NCBI GenBank assembly: GCA_030704615.1
Contig: CM060734.1
Location: 29,636,001 to 29,700,000 of the forward strand
Length of the DNA stretch: 64,000 nt
From: Takakia lepidozioides
Lineage: Eukaryota > Plantae > Bryophyta
Reading direction: 5' to 3'
The first letter of the stretch is position 1. Every line of letters starts with the position of its first letter. Below are positions 60,127-64,000 of the stretch, piece by piece. The position numbers and the translations under genes were made by a program. The notes under the pieces were generated by a model, which saw nothing but the letters and a program-made list of their open reading frames with translations, was not told where the DNA came from and ran no database searches.

Positions 60127-63100
60127 GAGATTGTGGCTCAAGGCATGCATGTGACAAGACGAGGAAGGGGAAGGTGAAGCTCATGTATTCATTCCCTTTT
60201 TGCTTAAGTTTTGTGGTGGATGATTGATCAAGCAAGTGATGCTTATGTGGAGCATGCTCTTTAGGGCTTGTGACTTCAAGTTTGAGAAGATGAGCTCTTG
60301 AATAGAGGTGTGGATACACATTATGGTGAATGAAGACAACACCTAGGTCAAGAGGTGGAAGTGTGTGTGACTAGCCCATGCAAGGGAAAGCACATGGAGA
60401 TGGCATACAAAATTCAAATTGAAGCAAGGCTTGGCGCTTGTCATGGGGCACATTAGCTTGCTATGAGTTCCAAGGAGATCAAGATGAACTTGTCAATTTG
60501 GGATGAATGCATTGCAAGGTAAGATAATGCAATCTTGCATGCATGTTAGGGGGAAGATACCATGAAGAAAGTGTTTCTTACTATACTCTACAAGCCCTAG
60601 TCTCCATATATTTCACGAAACTGAGTATGGGCTCCCTATGCCCAACATACACTTTTGTGAACAGTGTATGGGCCCCCTCTGCCCAACATACTCTTTTGTG
60701 AACAGAGTATGGGCCCCCTCTGCCCAACATACGTTTTTGTGAACAGTGTATGGGCTCCCTCTGTCCCACCATACACTTTTGTGAACAATGTATGGATACA
60801 AGTGGAGAGACTTTGCCTACCATACGTTTTCATTAAAAGTGTATGACATCTAGGGTGTATCTGGAGGAGAATTGCCTTTGGAGGATCTTTTTGGGGTCCT
60901 TTGAGGAGCTTTTGTAAGACACTTGAAGAGCTCTTGAAGGGGTGTTTGGAGGACTATTCCCCCTCTCCACAAGGTAACCGGGTAGAGAACCTGTTGCGGC
61001 CTATGGCTTAGACTAGTACTAGGTTCATAATATAAACCTGCACCTGCACTTGCATCCACCGCAAGCACTCCTATGGTCTGCAGGTCATCAACCCAACCTC
61101 ACCATAAGAGAAACAATGATGGTCTGACTGGTCATCACCCCAGCCTCACCACCGACAACACGCTCTAGGATTGGCCGGTGATGAAATCCGGACCAACCTC
61201 CTATGAAAACAAGCGCCCACACAAAACTGACATGGCGCACTTTCAAGCATGCAAGTGTGGGGGGGATCCAAACACAAGAAAATCAATACAGTAATTTTCC
61301 CACACCAAAAACACTCCACGGTGTCGCTCCTGCAAAGACACCCCAGCCCAAACCCGGACTGACTCTTGCCTCCACCTACGGAAAGGTTTTGGCCTACAGA
61401 GAGGGTGGAAGACTACGGGGAAGAGAGACTAAAGCAATTCCTAATCCCAGAATGTTCTCATCCCACTAGTCTCCCCCTATCTCTAAACGCTCTTGACAAG
61501 ACTACCTTCTAGGGTCTCTCAAATCACTCTCCAAGATCTCTCATGATGTCTCTCAAACAATCTCACTAAGGCCCCCAAAGCTTGTACAATTGGACTCCAA
61601 ATAGTCCACCAAGGCCCCAAGAGCCTGCCAAATCCTAGCCCTCAAGGACCCCAAATAGTCCTTCAAACAAGTCGCCAAGACTCCTTAAGCTCGCCAAATA
61701 TTGGCCTCCAAAGATCCCAAATAGTCCTCCAAAGGCTTCAAATGTTTGCCAAATATTGGTCTTCAAGGACCCCTACAACAAGTGTGGTTATGAGTTTTCA
61801 TCACGGAGGTGCCACCTGTTGCTGAGGGGAGTGTCGGTGCGAGCACCAGTGATACTAGTGGGTACACAAGACGAGGTGTGCGGTTTAGGCCACCTTCAGT
61901 GTCTTCTGAGGAAGGTTCAGACTTGGAGTCAAGAGGACTCTCGCCGAGGGTGCAAGTCATTTTCGTACCATTGTTGTGGGACATGATGGAGGACATGTGT
62001 GGAGCTACCAAGGGGCCACGTAGGTACTCTGGAGCTGTGGGCACCATCGAGCTTGATGACTTTATACAAGAGTTTGATAGTTGGTGTGATTTGCAGCAAA
62101 TGCGCAATCCACAATTGTTTATGCCTTAAAGGGCCGCCCATGGATGACTACCATGAATTGAGGCAGGAAAATGAGGTGGAGATTGAGGAGTGGCGACAAT
62201 ATTGGTCACCTGACTATGTCTCCATCACTAGAGGCACAACAGCAAGATCCATGGCAACAATGGCAGCAGCTACACCAGCGGCTTCTGCAAGTAGCAGTGG
62301 AACAAGTGAGTCAGGATCAGCTAGGCCATCCACTGCCGTTCCTGCCGTTGCACCAACACCTGTGCCTGCTTTCAACCCGATTGTGGAGTTCTTCCAAGAG
62401 TTGAGAAGGAACTACCAGGGGGTGAGAACAGAGAAGTTGCGGAGCTTGCAAGAGTTCTAGCGAAAGCCTACTGAGAGTTTGAGGGAGGCTTACACTCGCA
62501 TGAGGCGCTTGATAAATGTAACCCAAGGGGTTACAGAAGCTCAAGCAGTTCAATTCTGGTATGGCATGTTGGACAAGGAGCTGAGGAGAGGGGTGCGGGA
62601 TGCAACTCTCCTACAAGTGGCCCAACCCACCCTAGCAAATGTGTTTTTGCTAGCCGAGCGGATAGAGCTCAACATAGTGGAGGAGCGGGTGGTTATGGTG
62701 GGGTTTGGCAAGGAGACACAACGAAGTGGGGCTCCCAGCCAACAACAACCAACTCCCCAACGTGCTCAAGGCAACAAGGGGGCTCAGAAGAAGCCCAGGG
62801 AAGGTCATGAGAGAGGATCTTAGATGCAAATGTCTCTTCCTTCATTCTCAGGCCAGCAACAGACGAGTGTGTCATGTTGGGATTGTGGAGGACCTCATGT
62901 CAAGAAGGATTGCCCGGAGAGAGGCAAAGGGCCGACACAGGCACAGCCTACACAAATACAGTGTGGACATTGTGGCAAGTACGGGCATGAGGAGGCCCAT
63001 TGTTATGACTTGCATCCTGAGCTACGACCAGGCCAGTTCCAAGAGAACAATGGTGGCCGAGGACGAGGCAATGTAGTCCAGAGAGGTAGAGGAGACAGAG

Positions 63101-64000
63101 GTGGTGGAGGTCGTAACCAAAACCAAGAAGCACAGGGTCAGGGTCAAGATCATGACCAAGGCATGGTGGATAGACTTGCCCAGCTATAGCAACGTCTTGC
63201 TGCCATGGCCACTACTCATGTTGCGCCAGCTCCAAGGCCTAAGGTTCAAGCTCCACCTGCACAATCTCCTATACCTAGGGAAGACCAGATTGGTATGGGC
63301 TTCATGTGTAGAGCCGCACTTGCAGGACCATTGCATGTGGACTCTGCAGTTGTTGTCACTCGAGCAACAACGCATGCTCCTGAGCCAAGAGGAGCGGATG
63401 TGGATTTTGATCCACAAAGAGGGGAAGCAAGTCGGCAGACAAGGCTTCCACAGTCTTTCATATTGGCTGAGACAGTGCCAACTATGCCATCGATGACACC
63501 CGCTCGCCCAAGTGTGTCAGAGGTAGAGTCACGAGTGCCATTGGGGAGAGTTGGTGTGGCTCGGGAAAGGCCAGTGGGTGGTACTGCAAAGCAAGGTGCA
63601 GCCAGTACATTGTTGGGGGCGGCTACAGCAATTTTCCAAGCTCCATTGTTTTCTGCCACGACAATTGCAATGCCAGAGATGCGGCTAGCTGCAGTGTTTA
63701 GACTGGTAGCTGTACTCTGTGAGAGTAGTGATGCATCGGCACTATCTGTGGGGATAGCGGATAAGGTGCAGTGCATGGATGCCCTGGATTCAAGGGTGAA
63801 GACAGCCACAGCTGCGCCATGGCAAGCAGCAGCTGCACGGTTGCAGTAGTTGCCAGCTAGGCCAGCCATTGAGCGCAGCATGGTGACTCCTGGGGTAGTT
63901 CTGGTGAACAATCAGGATGAAGTGTTTCAGTTAGGTGGCCCAACTGGGAGGAGGTATAGGCCACTGCGAGTCTTGTTGGACTCAGGAGCACAACCATTGA
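60127..64000 (+). mobile_element. Ty3/gypsy element 2: rest of leader, gag (from about 61983) and start of protease; continues beyond the window
   Basis: Clear homologue of element 1 gag (ELDDFIQEFDSWCD, CWDCGGPHVKKDC, CGHCGKYGHEEAHC) with LRVLLDSGAQPL at the window edge. Has in-frame stops. Confidence 0.9.
60610..60795. repeat. ~41-bp tandem repeat, about 4.5 copies, each with an internal GTATGGGC...GCCCAACATAC dyad
   Basis: Unit ttttgtgaacagtgtatgggccccctctgcccaacatactc. Confidence 0.85.

Noticed and set aside
60610-60795. Palindromic 41-bp repeats as CRISPR
   Set aside because: The units are head-to-tail with no unique spacers.

Overview
Repeat-rich nuclear DNA, most likely from a non-seed land plant (inferred from PLS-class PPR arrays, a chromovirus with a class-I chromodomain and a MULE type I associate with bryophytes). 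Host genes lie at 8.3-17.7 kb: CHMP1, a divergent conserved gene of probable cyanobacterial origin, and a multi-exon PARN deadenylase. The rest is L1 LINE fragments, decayed PLS-PPR clusters, and nested CACTA, MULE, piggyBac-like and Ty3/gypsy elements. The main discovery is a 10.4-kb Ty3/gypsy-like element (37169-47549). It encodes gag, protease, a DNMT3-like cytosine methyltransferase and a DDE integrase with a PHD finger; RT/RNase H is deleted. It has no normal LTR pair. Its repeats are split, A-[internal]-PPT-B-A-B, as in PAT/Ngaro/TOC1 tyrosine-recombinase elements, yet it has TGTC...GACA ends and a 4-bp TSD (ACTC). The two ends are the halves of an internal palindrome, GACAGCTGTC. Its primer-binding site is complementary to its own A repeat, not to a tRNA. 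A second, diverged family member is broken up by a 2.7-kb inversion and a CACTA insertion, and its gag-protease is at 62-64 kb. It also starts with TGTC-A and shows compensatory changes in the self-priming pair, so the 5' architecture looks like a family trait. Also notable: a phage-type SSB-like gene near 50 kb, and CACTA ends with a matching TSD 36.5 kb apart. All calls come from reading the sequence by eye; no database searches were run.
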